DNA of 64,000 bases from Epiperipatus broadwayi (taxonomy: Eukaryota > Animalia > Onychophora), in assembly GCA_028023455.1 (NCBI GenBank), contig JAQFVV010000006.1:18662001-18726000 (forward strand), given 5' to 3'. Positions 37,230-51,996 of this stretch are shown here, piece by piece; positions within the stretch are counted from its first letter, which is position 1, and each line of letters begins with the position of its first letter. Under the pieces are notes generated by a model. The model was not told the origin of the DNA. It made no database searches and was given only the letters and a program-made list of their open reading frames with translations. The position numbers and the translations under genes are program-made.

Positions 37230-38689
37230 TTTTATAAACCTCACCACTTCTACTCTCCAACCGAAATAAATTTCTTGCCATTATTATATGTATATTAATA
37301 TTTTGCTTTTTATATAACTAATCAGATAGTTACTTTATTAATTTAGTATTTTATGTTAACCTACTAATTGAATTAAACATACATATAGCATATTAATAAC
37401 TCATTATATAATTTTGTGTGCTCATTAATTATAAAGAGGATCAATTTAATAATTATGTATAAAATAAATGATATCTGCTTAACATAAATAAGATTGAAGC
37501 TTATTATGATTTATTGTTAATAATATTGGAATTGATGGAGTCTCCCTGAAACTAAGATTGTGACCCTTTTATTGTCATAATTCATAATTAGACTGTTATA
37601 TAACATCTTATATCTTTGGTAAGTAATATGCTAATAGAAATGCTTAAATGTAGTCATTCATAGTAATATTACATGATATAGCTCTATAACATATTAATTA
37701 TAGAATTAGTTGTAAAAACAATTTTGTGTGTGTAATAACTAATTAACAATTATGCATATGTTTTTAAGATAATCCATATTAGTAAAAAGCCTTTAGCCTA
37801 CTGCATCTTCTTGTAAAGAAATAGTGAAAACTTACAAAGCTTGTCAATTTGATGAGTGATGAGGATTTGGGTCATTATGCACTCAAAATAAAAATAAGTA
37901 AACACCCATTTACTAACCATTATTGAATAGTAAGCCTGGTTGGGTATGGCAAATTAAGTCAAATAAAAATTCTTGATCTAATTAGAATCTGAAAAAAATT
38001 CACTTCTATGCCCAGATTAAAACCCATGTTGTAAGCATGGTAGACTGATATGCTATGCTTGCATTCTGAAATTTATGGTTTAAGAGCCTCATTACCATTA
38101 AATATAAGCTTAAAAAATCACACGAGGTTTTGTTGGCATCACACTTATAGCAAGATTTAAAATTTTCTGATAATTTTTGAATTTCAGATGATTGCAGAAT
38201 ATATAAGTCCATTGGACTTTCACTCCATGAATTAGAAACCAGTCTGAAATATAGTAGAATAACTTTCTATCTAATATTTATTGATTACATTACCTTATAA
38301 TAGATAAAGTTCATCTTGCTATCAATATGAGAACGCCATAAAATTCTCAAAGGCACTAAGCCATAATTAATTTATAGAAATAACAAGTTTCTCTATGGTT
38401 GTATGTATGCACACGTATCACAGTTATTAATATATAAAGTGAAGAAAATCACCTAAAATCATAATATTTTCATTACATAGGTTTATATATATATATATGA
38501 TATGGTAGACATAAAAAGTTATTTTTTCCAAAAGATTTTTACTTTGTCTACCATATTTTGAATGTAATGAATAATAAAATTAAATATACCTCTTTTTCTG
38601 ATTACATTTTTTGCAAATTACCAACTATGATAATCAAATGTTTTGTCATAGAATATTAGTATGATAATTGCTTAATCTACATTTTGTCA

Positions 38690-39000
38690 AAGAAACATGT
38701 CATTGTAATTATTTCATATCCCACTAAAATTAAGATTCCAACGAGAAAACTTGTTCTAAAAGTATTGATGCTTTTGAATTATGGCAATGGCGTTTTTTTT
38801 AAAAAAAATACCATGGAAAACAGCTTAAATAATTAAATATTTGATAGATTAAATCTGAACTTTTTCTTAAAGCAGAAATAACCAGATTAAATTTTTCCCT
38901 TTTAATTATATCATGAAATTATGTATTTAATTAGAAAAGGGTATAATAGAAAGGAGAAAATGATCATCAGTAAAACAAAGGGATAGTTGTGTCTTCAAGC
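38690..39000 (+). mobile_element. RTE/BovB-like LINE 3' remnant
   Basis: KSIDAFELWQWR..KIPWKT...LKAEITRL resembles the RTE C-terminal IDAFELWCWRRLLRIPW motif. Confidence 0.55.
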
Positions 39001-41599
39001 AGCCTGCAAAGGCAATCAATTAAAGGTCAATCTTGGAAAATGCTCTTTTAATGAACAATGGAAATCATTGACGGTTTAATGATACAAAATAAAATTATAA
39101 TGTAATTATACATTTTTGTTGTTGTTAATTTACTAAATGAATATTAAAAAAAAAAAAAAAATTCACACACACACAAATCAATTAAAATATAAAAGTATCT
39201 ATTCCATACCCAGTTAAAAATTTTGAGTGTAGAAGTTTATTTTTAAAAGTTAATTATAAGGGAAATAAAAGTTAAATTACATAGATATAAGGATTGTGAT
39301 GTATGAAGGGTTAAAATGATTTTCTATTTAAAAATAATGTATGTTATGTCAGATGTAATATAATGAAATAAGTGTTAACTCTGTAATGTGTTTCTTTCTC
39401 TTCTGTCATTTACTGTCTTGAGACACATTCTATATGACATGAGTCATTTCCCTGTTGCAATTTTGACAATGGTTTGTGCAACTACATTTTTTTTTTTCTA
39501 TTACATTCTCAGCAATTTTGACTTCAGTCTTTTATTTTTTAACTTTTTTTAAATCTTTGTGGGGAGTAGGGGTTCTCCTTTTGTAGCTTGAATTGCCATA
39601 TTTATTTACAAGTGGTTAGTAATAATAAATTGCAACCAGCTTATAGAAATCTATCATTCTTATATATGTAGGTTTGAATAATATAATGAAAAACTGATGA
39701 TGTTATTGATGTGACTTAGGATAATAGTTTGTATTAAAAACAGTTTAGATCTATGTGGGCTGGAATAAAATAAATTCTAAGTCATTCTTTATAGAAAATA
39801 TTATTTTTTCATTGTTCAAAAATGTTCTACAAATACTCCAAAATATATAAGTCAGGTGTTTTAAGACATTATTGTTGTGTCCTTCATATCAATAATTGAT
39901 TGTATGAATTGGTACACTATCATACTGAAAAGTATCATTATTATCTAAAAACAGCCTCTGATCTTTCAAAATATTCTATTAGTCTTTATCTATGATGTCT
40001 TTACAGAGTGATTTCTGAATCAGGAAGTTGCCAAAGTTATTACAATTCTATCATATTTTATATTTGGGAAAAGACAATTTCTACTACCATGTTTGAAATT
40101 TTATGTTAGAAATTGTTGGATTTGAAATGACAGCTTGGCCCAAAGTGTTTTTGTAAAATTCTGTTGGTATAAAGGTAGAATATTTGTGTGTGTGCTGACC
40201 TTTTCAATCAATTATTCTGCAATATGCAATGTCTAAAATATAATACTAATATGGCAAGTGTTCTAGTTATTTTGTACAATCCCTCTATTTGATATTTTAT
40301 GAAAGTATGTTACAATAAGTTTATAAGATAATTTTTTGGTTATAATTTGTTTTAAACTTTAACAGTACTTCTCTGCATTGGTTAAGTTTTTTTTTTCAAT
40401 TTTTATTGAATACAACCATTATCCTTGAAAATATCAATTTTGGATATTAATCAGCAGTTTTAGATATTATTTTCTCTAATGAAATATCAACAGATTTATA
40501 CAACATTTCTTTCCATGGGTTTATGAAACTAACAGCGTTTTTTAATTAATTTTATAAATATTTTGCTTAAGAATTTTTATTTATTGGGGGGGGGGGGAGT
40601 ACAGAGTATGTATTTTTTATATTGCATGCTAATAGATATTCTACATATTTTGTACAACCTTTCTGTTTGAGATATTATGAAATAGAATTCATAATTTCAT
40701 GTAATATTTTACCATAATATTTTTTATTCATTTGTTTTGATGAATGTACCAACTGGATAGCTTCTATTGGTTAAAAGTAAGACAGTCTATTGTTTAATAC
40801 AATTAAATTAAACTCTGGAACCCAATGTCTTTGGATTGCAGCCCCTAGATCTGTTTTTTTCAGTGTTCAGTATTCTTATGAACTCCAGGCAATAATTATT
40901 TTTTATTTATTAAAGTAAAGAGTATAAAATCAAGTATAATTAATATGTAAACAATATTTTTTTTTAAATATGTATAGAATCATTAAGTATTGTAAAAAGA
41001 ATTTCATGTTTTGATTATTTATAATCAATAGAAATTTAGATTAATAAATTATAACATTATTACAGAGGAATTCCAATAATAGATAAATTGGTTTTGCATT
41101 TATATAAGCTACTAACATGGATCCTTGGATATAAAAATTAATAGCAGATCTTTTATTATACTTTAACAAATATTTTTTAATTTACGATTAGTCTCCTATT
41201 GTCCCCTTTTTTAATAAGCATTTAATAAACATTTTGGAATAGTTGAAATTTGTAAGTTAATTGATACATAAATTGCTTAAATTAGTTTCTTTTCTTGTTT
41301 TTGACTTTATCTTTTAGTTTTTTGATATATCATAATTTTTAGATAGTTTGGATGATAATTAGAATTAACAACTATACAAAGGAAAGATTGTCTGCGGATT
41401 TCTTCTTTTTATATCATATTTCTTGAAGTTATTTAAACTTATGAAGTTATTTAAATTTATGACTGTTTAAAGTTTTAAAAACATTTTTAAAATTCCAAAT
41501 CAAATAATTTAGAGTTCAAACTTGGATTCATATTTTAGTTCAAAGTAAACCATTATATTAATTTCTATATTCACATTTAGGCTGACATTTATTTTTTGT

Positions 41600-42290
41600 T
41601 TGCCATCATAATCACATTTGTAGACCAGTGTGATTCCATTAATATCTGATCCAAACCAGTTTTTATTATTACTAATAATTCTGCGCTAACACGCTTGTTA
41701 GAGAAGTTTAATTTTGTTTATATATTTATATACGGTAAGTGCTTTCAAAGTTCGTAGACTTTATATTTGTAGCTGAGTGCAGTCAATGGTAATGAGGAGT
41801 ATTGTAATTTATGCAAATTAGTTTGCTATTCATTAATCATAGGTCATAGCATTTTCTTTTGTTTTAAATTAATTTGTCCATCTTTTTGAAATGGTGAAAC
41901 AGGCGTCCTTCCTATTTATAGAATTAGTATTATTATTTATAAAGTAGATCTCTTTAATTTTACATCCGTGATCGTTTCTTTCTCTACATACTATTCTGGA
42001 GTTGGTGGGTTCATATCTGTATCCGATGGTTTTTTCATGTTCTAAAAATGCTGATGTGGTCTCTTTATTGTTGAATGCTCTTCTGTACATATATATATAT
42101 ATGTTGCAATGCTCTATTTGTGATGGTTGTTTTTTTTTCTCCATAATATGAGGCCTTGCAACTAGTCTGAGAGCACTGGATTTGATATACGACCCGAGGT
42201 GTTGTTTTTGGGTCTAATTTGTTTCTCTAACATTCTTCAGAACAGCATTAATGAAATTAATCGTACTAAAGATTAAAAAATAAAATATTT
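41600..42290 (-). mobile_element. Penelope-like element 3' portion with GIY-YIG endonuclease remnant
   Basis: Minus strand reads DPKTTPRVVYQIQCSQTSCKASYYGEKKTTITNRALQH, then TTSAFLEH...KIKEIYFI, matching the PLE GIY-YIG pattern. Confidence 0.75.
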
Positions 42291-42381
42291 TTTTATATTA
42301 ATTTAGCTTTTTTCTTTGTAATTAATAATAGTTATTAGATTACTATTAATTTCTCTTATATTATTTATTATTAATTGTTTT

Positions 42382-43186
42382 TGTAGTATTTTACTTTCAA
42401 TAAATATTTTAATTAAAAAATAGTAAAAGTAATAAGAATATTCCAGAAGTTAAAATTAAATGTGTTAATCAATGACAATGGAAACTTTTGTAGGAATGAG
42501 TTATGTATTTAAGAAAATGATTAGAATTGCATAATTAAAAGATTTTTCAGACTGAGTGAAAAGAATGGAAGAGTGAAGTTAGAACTAATTAGAGAAAAAA
42601 TAAAATCATATAAAATAGTGTATCCGGAAAGTGAAATCAGTTAAGTGTTTTCGCAAAGGAATTTAAAAAATGAAAATTTCCGATAAAGGCACAAATAAAC
42701 AGCAGACCAGAAAAACTCAGGATTGTAGAGTTAAGTGCTTTTTTCTTTCTTGGTTCATGGAAGTGCTATAATGCTCATAACTGGTATCATTGGGGACAAG
42801 TCAAAACTTCTGTGAAGGACTAAATCCAGATGTTTCTGAATCTACCAGTACAAAAATCTGACTAGTATTTAAAGCAGATCATCCTGATCTTATTTTGATT
42901 TACATGAACCTACTTGGCTTGTAGGGTTTTTATAACTTTGGGGAACTTGTAGTTGGTTTCAACAAGTTTTGGAAAGAACCATCCATTAAATGAAACTGTA
43001 ATTGTTGGACAATATTTGAGTAGGGGATAGAGACTTTTAGTAACCCATGATTACATTTCTTTATGTAATTATATTTAAAGTTTGTAAATATTCTAGTTTT
43101 GTTTGTATAATAAATACTCATTAATAAATTAGTTTAGATTGATTAATTGTAGTTTTCTCTCTCAAGTCATGTGTAAGTACACCAGA
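42382..43186 (+). repeat. 5' LTR of the Mag-like element
   Basis: TGTAG...CACCAGA. Aligns with 46961-47705 at roughly 85% identity by eye. Confidence 0.9.
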
Positions 43187-43189
43187 AAA

Positions 43190-43201
43190 TGGCATAGTCA
43201 G
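43190..43201 (+). promoter_or_regulatory. Primer-binding site, tRNA-Ser-like
   Basis: TGGCATAGTCAG lies just after the 5' LTR. It equals TGGCGTAGTCGG (complement of a tRNA-Ser 3' end) with both CpGs decayed. Confidence 0.7.
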
Positions 43202-43399
43202 AAATTCAGACCTAATACAAGGAAAGCAATATAATACAAGCAGGAATAAAATAGTCAAGCAATCATATAGATTGATAGTTTAATAGACGGATAAAATGTC
43301 GATAGGGCATGGTAATATCTCTGAATTCAATTTAGGAAATACAGTGAAATGGTCTTGGCATTAGCGATACTAGTAGAAAGGTAGCAGCATTGTTGTATT

Positions 43400-46300
43400 T
43401 GGCATGGAGGAAAGTAATTGAAATCATTAATAAGTTATTGGGCAAACCTATAACAGAGCCAGTAGGTTATGAGGTAATAGTTAATAAATTAACAGAGCAT
43501 TTTAGCCTATGACCATCTAGGCATATCGCTAGGTTGGTACTCCAAAATAGAAGACAGTCAAAAGGAGAAAAAATCAAGGATTTTGACATAGTATTACACC
43601 AGTTAATAGAGAAGTGTCATTGATCAATTGCTATGGTGAATGGCAGATGAAAGGTTAAGACAAATGTTATTGACTAAATCCGAGTTGTCATATGAATTAA
43701 CAAAGGGATCGCGTACGATTTAATTATTGAGCAAGCTCCTACTTTTAGAAGCAAAGTAGAAAAGGAAAGTAGAACAACAGTTTATAAAACAAATAAAAGG
43801 CTGCAGAGAAATTATAAATCAAGTAGTGAACCAATACTGTTAGGGAAGGGTTTTGTCTGCCGTAAGACAGGACATTTTGCTAAGAATTGTAAATGGCATC
43901 AAGAAAGCTGTTTTAATTGCAGCAACAGAGGGCATTTAGCAACAGTTTGGGAAAAACCCAAGCCTAATGGTAAAAGAGAAGTAACCAAACAGAGGGAAGG
44001 GAACCAAGAGCAAGTTAATATTAAAAAGAGTATTATTTCACACTGGCAAAATCAATATGTGCTAACACTTTAAATAAGTAGCATGGAACTTGAAATGGAG
44101 ATTGATAATGACTTGGGTATTTCATTGGTATTTGAAAACCAATGGAAGGAAATAGTAAAAGGTTACAAGGAGGTTAAAATTATAAAAACTGATATAAAAG
44201 TGAAAGATATAAGCAGAAACTCGCTAGCATTAGTTGAAATGGTCGATGCTCCAATTATATATAGAAATAAAAATACGATATTGGCCAATATATATTGTTA
44301 AAGGACAAATAAGTCCAATAATCAATAGAGAGTGGTCTAAGGAGTTAGATATTCAGGTATCAATTGTTAAAAACATTTCCATGGAACAGGAAATGTTAAA
44401 GAGGTACCCCAAATTATTTATGGAGGAGTTAGTATTACTAAAAGCAAACCTGGTAGATTTAGAATTAAGTGAAAAATGCTCAGCCAGTGGTTTGCAAGCT
44501 GCGGACGATTTCCTTTATGTAGAGAGAAAAGGTCGAGGAAAAGTTAAAAAACATTGGTGGTTAAAGGTGTGTTAGACGCTGTAGAAGAGGCAGAATGGGC
44601 CACACCCATAGTGGTAGTAACTAATCCCAATGTGCAGTAATTTATCTAAAAATAAAGGTGCATACCCAATACCTAATATTAGAGAAGTTTTAGAAAATTT
44701 GTTTAATGCAAAGTTGTTTGCCAAATTGGACCTCAATTTCACATATCAAATTAAAGTTAGGGGCAAAACAGAAATAATATTGACACTAACCACACCATTT
44801 AGGCTGTTAAAATATAATCATTTACCATTCAGAATTGCTACAGCATTTGAACATTTTTCAAGCCAAGTTAAACTTATTAATACAAGGGTTAAAAGGGGTA
44901 GCACCTTATGGTGACATTTTGATAACGGTGTGACATGTAGTGAATTGTTAAGGGAGAAAATCTTGAAAGTCTGCGATTAATTAAATAAGGTGGGATTAAG
45001 TTAAACCATGAAAAGTGTACTACATTAGACACCAGAATTAAAATTTCTGGGTCTCAGCATTTATGATAAAGAAAATATAAGCAGCTTCAGGCATTTTTAG
45101 ATCTAGTTAATTTTTTTGAGCCATTTTTAAAGAATAAGGCAATGGTGGAAAAACCATTGTATGAATTATTGCACAAAGGGCAGAGTTGGGTTTGGACAAA
45201 AACTCAAGACAGGATTTTTGAAGAAACCAAAGAGCTGTTATTATCTGATATATTGTTGGGGCATTTTGATAGGACATATGGTTAGAATTACTACCGATGC
45301 ACTAGACTGAGGGATAAGGGTTGTATTAACTCACCTTATTGAGAATAATGAATGGCCTGTTGCATATGCATTCAGAACATTGTCAAAAGCAGAGAGTAAT
45401 TATAGTCAAATTATCAAAGAAGCTCTGGCAATCATTTTTGCTGTAAAAAAATATGTTTGCTTTTGGGTATAATTTTGAAATTATTACTGACTATAAGCCT
45501 TTGTTGGAGATTTTAGGAAATAATTATGCAGCACTGGAACATTTAAGTCTGTGTATGTTACAATAGCAGAATGTTGTAGCTCCATATGATTACTCATTAA
45601 AATATAAACGGGAGAAGAAATCTTGCACGCAGATGCATTGTCAAGATTTTCAGATAGACAAAAGACATGCAATAGTGAGTTTGAAATTAATTTTATTGAC
45701 AGCATGAATTCATGATAGTTAAATAATAGTACAGTCCAAAAGTGGACTTTGGAAGAAAAAGGGTAAGATATTGTGATGAATTGGATTAAGAAGGACTGGC
45801 CTAGAACTAGACTTAGTTGTGTGGCAGTGGGGTTTTGGACTAGTAGAGAGCAGTTATCTGTTTGTAGGATGGATAGAGTAGTTTACCACCTACAGAGAGG
45901 AATAAAGTTTTAAAGCTTCTCCATGAAGGGCATCCTGGCATAGTGTATGGAAAAACTTTGGCATGTAGCTATGTTTAGTGGCCAAAAATTAATGCAGATA
46001 TAGAAAACTACATTAAAGGATGTTCTGCATGTCAATTAGAAGGTCCCAGTGAAATGTTTTGCATCCTAGCCGAAAGCAATAAAAGCATGGAAGAGAGTGC
46101 ATATTGCTCATGCAGGACCAGTGAATGGAAAAATTCTGTTAGTAATTACAGACATGTTCTTGAGATGGATAGCAGGGCATACAGTGAAGGATATTAGTGC
46201 TCTGAAATCAATTAAGTGTTTGAAGATGGTTTGCTCAGTACATGGTTTTCCAAAAGTGGTTGCATAAGATAACAGAACAGGTTTTACTGGAGAGGAATTA

Positions 46301-46900
46301 TGACAGTTTTTAGTATCTGTGGGATTAGGTGCACATCTCCATATCATCCTCTATCAAATGGATTAGCAGAGAATGTGGTACACCAAGTCAATAAAAGTTT
46401 TTAAAAAAATTAGCAACCTACAAATAAAACTTGCATTACAGACATTTATGCTATACCGATATTCAATGTCATCTACAATGACAGGAAAATCTCTGGCAGA
46501 ATTAATGTGTGGATGTAAACTAAGGACTAAAGTGACAGTTTTGTGTCCATATTAGTGTTCTAAACATCAAGCCAAGTAAATCGTTTGGAGTTGAGAAGTC
46601 TGTATGGATGAAAGATGTGATATGGAAAAAATGGATCAAGGGAATAATAGACAAAATATTGTCAAATTTATATATGTGGTTAGTGGAATTGATGGTTTAA
46701 ATTTGAACCAGAGGAATTGCAGCTGGAAATATTGCAAGATGCTAATGTGCAGGAGAAAGAGAATGATGAAAGAAGCAACACGGGAAGAAAGACAGAAGAA
46801 AAACAGTTAATTGAGGAGAACAGTGATGAAATTGCAGAAGAAATTCAAGCAAAACCTGAAATAAATAAATCACTCAGACCTGTGCTAAAAAAAGAAAACC
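43400..46900 (+). pseudogene. Gag-pol remnant of the Mag-like element
   Basis: GFVCRKTGHFAKNC...CFNCSNRGHLATVW near 43850-43950, LEMEIDN (protease) near 44085, then RT, RH and IN motifs through about 46500, all frameshifted. Confidence 0.85.
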
Positions 46901-46960
46901 AGAAAGATGGAAGGATTATGTGTAAGAAGCAATTCCAACTTCTGGAGTGAGGGAAGGCAG

Positions 46961-47705
46961 TGTTATATTAACTTTAAATACTTTAGTTAAAAAATAATAA
47001 AAGTGATAAGAATACTCCTGAAGTTAAAATTAAATGTGTTAATCAGTGACAGTGAAAACTTTTGTAGGATTGAGTTATATATAAGAAAATGATTAGAATT
47101 GTGTAATTAAAAGGTTTTTCAGACTAAGTGAAAAGAACGGAAGAGTAAAGTTGGAACTAATTAGAGAAAAGATATCATTCCAAATAGTGGATCTGGAAAG
47201 TGAAATCAATTGAGTGTTTTTGCAAATGAATTTAAAGAATGAAAATTTTTGATACGGGAACAAATAAATAGCAGACCAGAAAAATTTGGGATTGTAAAGT
47301 TTAAGTGCTTTTTTCTTTCTTGTGTCATGGAAGCGTTATGATGCTCATAACTAGTATTGTTGGGGGTAAGTCAAAACTTCTGCAAGGGAATAAACTCAGA
47401 TGTTTCGGAATCTGACAATACAAAAATCCGACTAGGGTTTAAAGCAGATCATCCTGATCTGTTTTTTTAAACTTTGGGGAACTTGTAGTCAAAGGACCAT
47501 CCATTGAATGAGGCAGTAATTGTTGGACAATATTTGAGGAGGGGATTCAGACTTTTAGAAACCCGTGATTGTATTTTCATATGTAATTATATTTAAAGTT
47601 TATAAATATTCTAATTTTGTTTGTATAGTGTATAATACATATTCATTAATAAATTAGTTTAGATTAAGTGGTTTTCTCACTCGAGTCGTGGGTAAATACA
47701 CCACA
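46961..47705 (+). repeat. 3' LTR of the Mag-like element
   Basis: Starts TGTTA directly after the purine tract GGAGTGAGGGAAGGCAG, ends CACCACA and is followed by TSD GTTTT. Confidence 0.9.
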
Positions 47706-48559
47706 GTTTTAATCATATTTTATACATGATTAATTATTTCTGGAATTAAAATATTTTAAATTACAGTTGTCAAAGATTACACTCTCACCTTTAAAACCAT
47801 CTGCTTTAGATAAATCTGTAAATGATTATCATTTATTAGATTGCAGATTATTATTGTATATTTAGTTATAATAATAAATGATTATGATTAATCTATTTGT
47901 CTAAAATTGGTGGCGTCAATGTGGGCAGGAAGTTTGACACTTGTAGATAAAATAATTGAATATCCGAACAATAAAATTATTAGCCATTTCAACTGAATTT
48001 ATTTGTATCATTCTTTTTTAACGATAAACTTCTTTTTTTTTTGCCTGATGAAACATGTGGTAAATGGAGTATCTATCGGTGATCCCCGTTGCTTTCTGCT
48101 GGTAATAAAAAGTATAAAAAATTTGTTTTCGTCTATCCTAAAGATTAAGACAAAATTTTTAGAAAAGGTCGGTTTTCATTAATTAATATCCATTTAAAAG
48201 AAAAATACATTAATTAAACTTATTTTGTAATAATCTACGACTAAACTAATAGGATTTTTTAATATGTATTTATAAGCTATAATTTTTTAAATAGGAGCTA
48301 TAACTAAACATTTAAGTTCTCGAAATGTAATTTATCCATTATAAATATCAGATTTTGTTTGACAAATGGATTCATTGTAGAATGACAGTATGCAGCTTTA
48401 TTTAACATGAGATTAATTGATTATGAAGTAGTAAAAGTGTTTGACAGTTTTTGCCTCTCTAATAACAAAAGATCAAAAGATTTCCTGCAGATTTATGCTG
48501 GAAAACTTTCAATGAAAACCTGGAGTACATTTTTCAATGTATAAATATATTTTTAAAAA

Positions 48560-48830
48560 TGAAGGTATAAATTGTTCAGATGATATTTGCTATGATTATC
48601 CATAAATTTGAAGTATTTAACATTGTAAAATGATAAGAATTCCATCGGTGGCAAGGAAAATGAGCATTTGGGAACTTGATATTTGGAATTATCCTATTTT
48701 AGTCATATCATAGCATGATCCAATAAGAAAGTCTATAGCCTTGAAAAGTTACAAAGAAAAGGACAAGCTGCAGTCAGGTGAATGGGTTCTTCATTACAAT
48801 AATAAAAAGTATCTTTGAGCAGCTTGAAAA
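48560..48830 (+). mobile_element. Possible mariner-type transposase remnant
   Basis: LQSGEWVLHYNN resembles the WxLHHDNA motif. Otherwise highly decayed. Confidence 0.3.
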
Positions 48831-48929
48831 ATGAATAGTCATTTTGAGAAAATATACATATTATCACCAACAATTTATATCATCTTGAATAGCACCCAAT
48901 AATAGTTTTATTATATAATTACATATATT

Positions 48930-49210
48930 TTGCGATGAACAGGGAATTTTTTTCTAAGACTTTTGCAATATCTTGGAAGCCAGCTGTCCATTTATTATCA
49001 TCTTTTCTATCAATTTGTCCAATGTATTTCCATTTTTAATAACACCTGTTTATTTTTTCATGGATATATTTTACTTTTGATCTCTTATTATTTCTAATAT
49101 ATCTTTCTCCTTACTTAGTTGTGAAATTTGAGGTCTCTGTACTGTCAAGTATCCATGTTTCAGATTCAAATATAAGAACAGATAAAGTATATTTATTAAA
49201 TATCTTCCTT
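48930..49210 (-). mobile_element. RTE-clade LINE 3' remnant
   Basis: Minus strand FNKYTLSVLIFESETWIL...KWKYIGQIDRKDDNKWT is related to the intact 54296-54772 frame. Confidence 0.55.
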
Positions 49211-49459
49211 TTATGATTATTTTATGGATAAAAAAAAGAAGTGTTCTGGTGATGATATGGAGAAGAGAGGCTATAGATTGGAAAAATTAAATGAAACTTG
49301 AAATGATTTTATTCTGCAGTGGATCAATAATTTAAAATGTTGATGATGATAATATTTGAATTACAACAAAGATGAAAAAGTAATTATTATTAAATAATAG
49401 ATGCTAAATAATTTTATATTAATGATTTAGTAAACAGCAAGTAATTTTTGTTTGTTTTC

Positions 49460-49870
49460 AGAATTCATTGGATCCTAACTTTCTGGATCATAAAATTGTA
49501 TTTACTGTATTTCCCAACCCCTTTGCCCCTATGCAACAAACCGGAGAAGTCCATTGATCACATTCTGAATCAATGTGGTTCATGAAATTACCTCTGAAAT
49601 ATGGCATTAGATCAGGTAAATGGCAATGATCCAGCTAACATTTCTCCTAAGGCCACAATTGAAAAGGGTCAATTTGGAACAATAAGACTGGCCACTTTCA
49701 TTAACTTCTCAATTTGGACTGCCAGATGTAGCATGGTATTTGATCATGGCTGGAATGACTCAATGGTTAATCGATTTTTCAAGTCCCTCTACAAGATAAA
49801 ATATGAGCGTAAACGAATTTGTCAGCCTTGGCTAACTGACCAAACGTGGAGCCAGATGAGACTATAGACT
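49460..49870 (+). mobile_element. L1/Tx1-like LINE ORF2 C-terminal remnant
   Basis: PLCNKPEKSIDHILNQC (C-terminal zinc finger) followed by IWTARCSMVFD. Confidence 0.6.
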
Positions 49871-51996
49871 TAATTCATATAATTCTTAGGCCTAAGACTT
49901 GAACTTTCTCACATCCGCTGAATAAATAATATATCCCATCTTTCATCTAATAATAATTTAAACTTTAACTATGTAGATCTTTCATACACCCTATGTATTT
50001 AATACATAAACTTTGCATTAGTTCCATACTGTATAATTAATTTACCTATATATCCTAATTAACGATTCTCAATAGTCCTTTTTATATATCAACTTGTAAA
50101 TATTGTTATGGTCCTCATTGGCCTTTGGGCCAAGATAGTCATTAATCAATGGAATTTCTAAACCTTATATATAGGTTTGACTTACTTTATATCCCTAGCA
50201 AATTATACATATGATGCATTGCCTTAAGGCATTAGTGTAATCTTTGATTTTATTTTTATTTATTTGTTTTTTTCATACTTGCATTAATTTGCCTACCATA
50301 ATTTTCTTATGCAGCTCTTGAGACCATGTTATTGATCTAATACAACTTTTGATTTTTCTATATACATGGTTTGCATACCACATTTATAGTATTCATTGAA
50401 ACTTTCTTATTGACCTAATTTTATGCTATTATTGATTTTTTTTGTATCTACTTTGAAGTGTAAATAAAGTTTTAATTTTGAAAGTAAAAAACAAAGATGA
50501 AGTAAAGATAAATAATAAATTCAGCATTCATAGAAGTTTGACTCCTCCCATATCATGGATGAAAAGCTACTTCATATTACATTTGAATTATTTGTTTTTA
50601 TTATCAAGTCATCAACCTGCATTTGTCCAATACAGATTAATCTTCCTCTAGTTAAGAAATGCTAGAAATCCATTTAATAATCAATAAGAGATGATTCCCC
50701 GGTGTGGCTATATACTGACTACCTGGAAAAAAAAATTAATTCTGCTTGATGTCATCTGCAGGAAACTTTTTAAAGCAATTCTACAATTTTCTTAAGTTCT
50801 CCCATTCTATTAATTTTATTTTATATATAAACTTTCATTTTTTATAATTAAAAAATAATAATTTATTAATAAAATTATATTCACTAGTATGGAGCAATAC
50901 ATTCATTCCTTTTTCATTTATAAAAAATCCTTCAATTGTTTTAGAATGCAAAACATGTTTTTTTTTTTATGGATTCAATATAAAAGCAGTAGGGTTTAAT
51001 TTAAGTCGTTCAGTCTCAACCTTGAGATATAAGAAACTTTTAGCTTGAACAGATTTTTTTATATGTAAAAGAGCAAGAAAAAGCTATTTGTAAATTGTAA
51101 ATGGTGCATCTAAGAGATCATTTTCAAAAGTAATAAAAAATAAAATTACTTAAAGCAGAAAAATTTATTTCTAGTAAAATCTTATCTGTCAGAGTTGAAA
51201 TTAATCTGTAATATGGCATGATGAAACATACTGACCCTCAGCAGCTGCAACAAATACTCAAACTAAACATTTCAAAATAAGCAAAAACAACTCATCAATT
51301 TCTTTGAAATGAGATCTTATCTGTATTTATAGTGTTTACTGAAAAAAAAAACCGTTTGCATTTCTGTTTCTGAAAAAAAAAATTATATTAATGGATTTTG
51401 AATTTCAAAAACTATTAAATAAGAAAAGTACTAACATTTTAGAATTTCTAAAAATTTGAATTATTTATTTAACCCTTTATAGTTAAATCTGAACTCCCAA
51501 GTTCTACACTTTTAATACATTGGAGTCTGTCTATTCACATAGAGAAAATTTCATCTAAACTCTGTGTCAACTTCATATGCAAACGTACTTAAATACTACC
51601 ATTTAACAGCAATCATTCTCGGAAATGGTATTAGCTAAACCAAATCCATGTGAGGGAAACATTGCAAAAGTCATCTTTAGAATAGGTTTTGCAGTGATTA
51701 TGTAAATATTTTTTATAATCCACAAATATATCTGCTTATATCATCTACTGGTTCTTAGACTTTCTTTTTTGTTTTTCTGACTTTTAATTATTTGTGTAGC
51801 AATTTTTTTTTTCTTTTAAAAAGATTTTGGTGCCTTCCCTGATCTGTAGTTTTACATTTTAGCCCATCTAATTATTGTTTTATGTCATATGATTCCATTA
51901 CTAAATTCAGATATTTATAGAACATTTTAAAGAAGAGCTTATTTTTGTATCTGAGAATGTAGCAAATCAAATATTATTAACTCTTCATAAAGTTTT

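Larger units (their letters stand above)
42382..47705 (+). mobile_element. Full-length decayed Ty3/Gypsy LTR retrotransposon, Mag-like
   Basis: Two homologous LTRs, 5-bp TSD GTTTT, tRNA-Ser-like PBS and a PPT. Internal remnants run in order: twin zinc knuckles, protease, RT (EWATPIVVV, YPIP, FAKLDL), RNase H ([10 protein letters not shown]) and integrase (HEGHPGI, GPVNG, PYHPLSNGLAE). Many stops. Confidence 0.93.

Noticed and set aside
42150-42190. 13-nt match (CAGTGCTCTCAGA) between the PLE GIY-YIG remnant and the family B unit
   Set aside because: Matches of this length are expected by chance in 64 kb and the flanks do not align convincingly.
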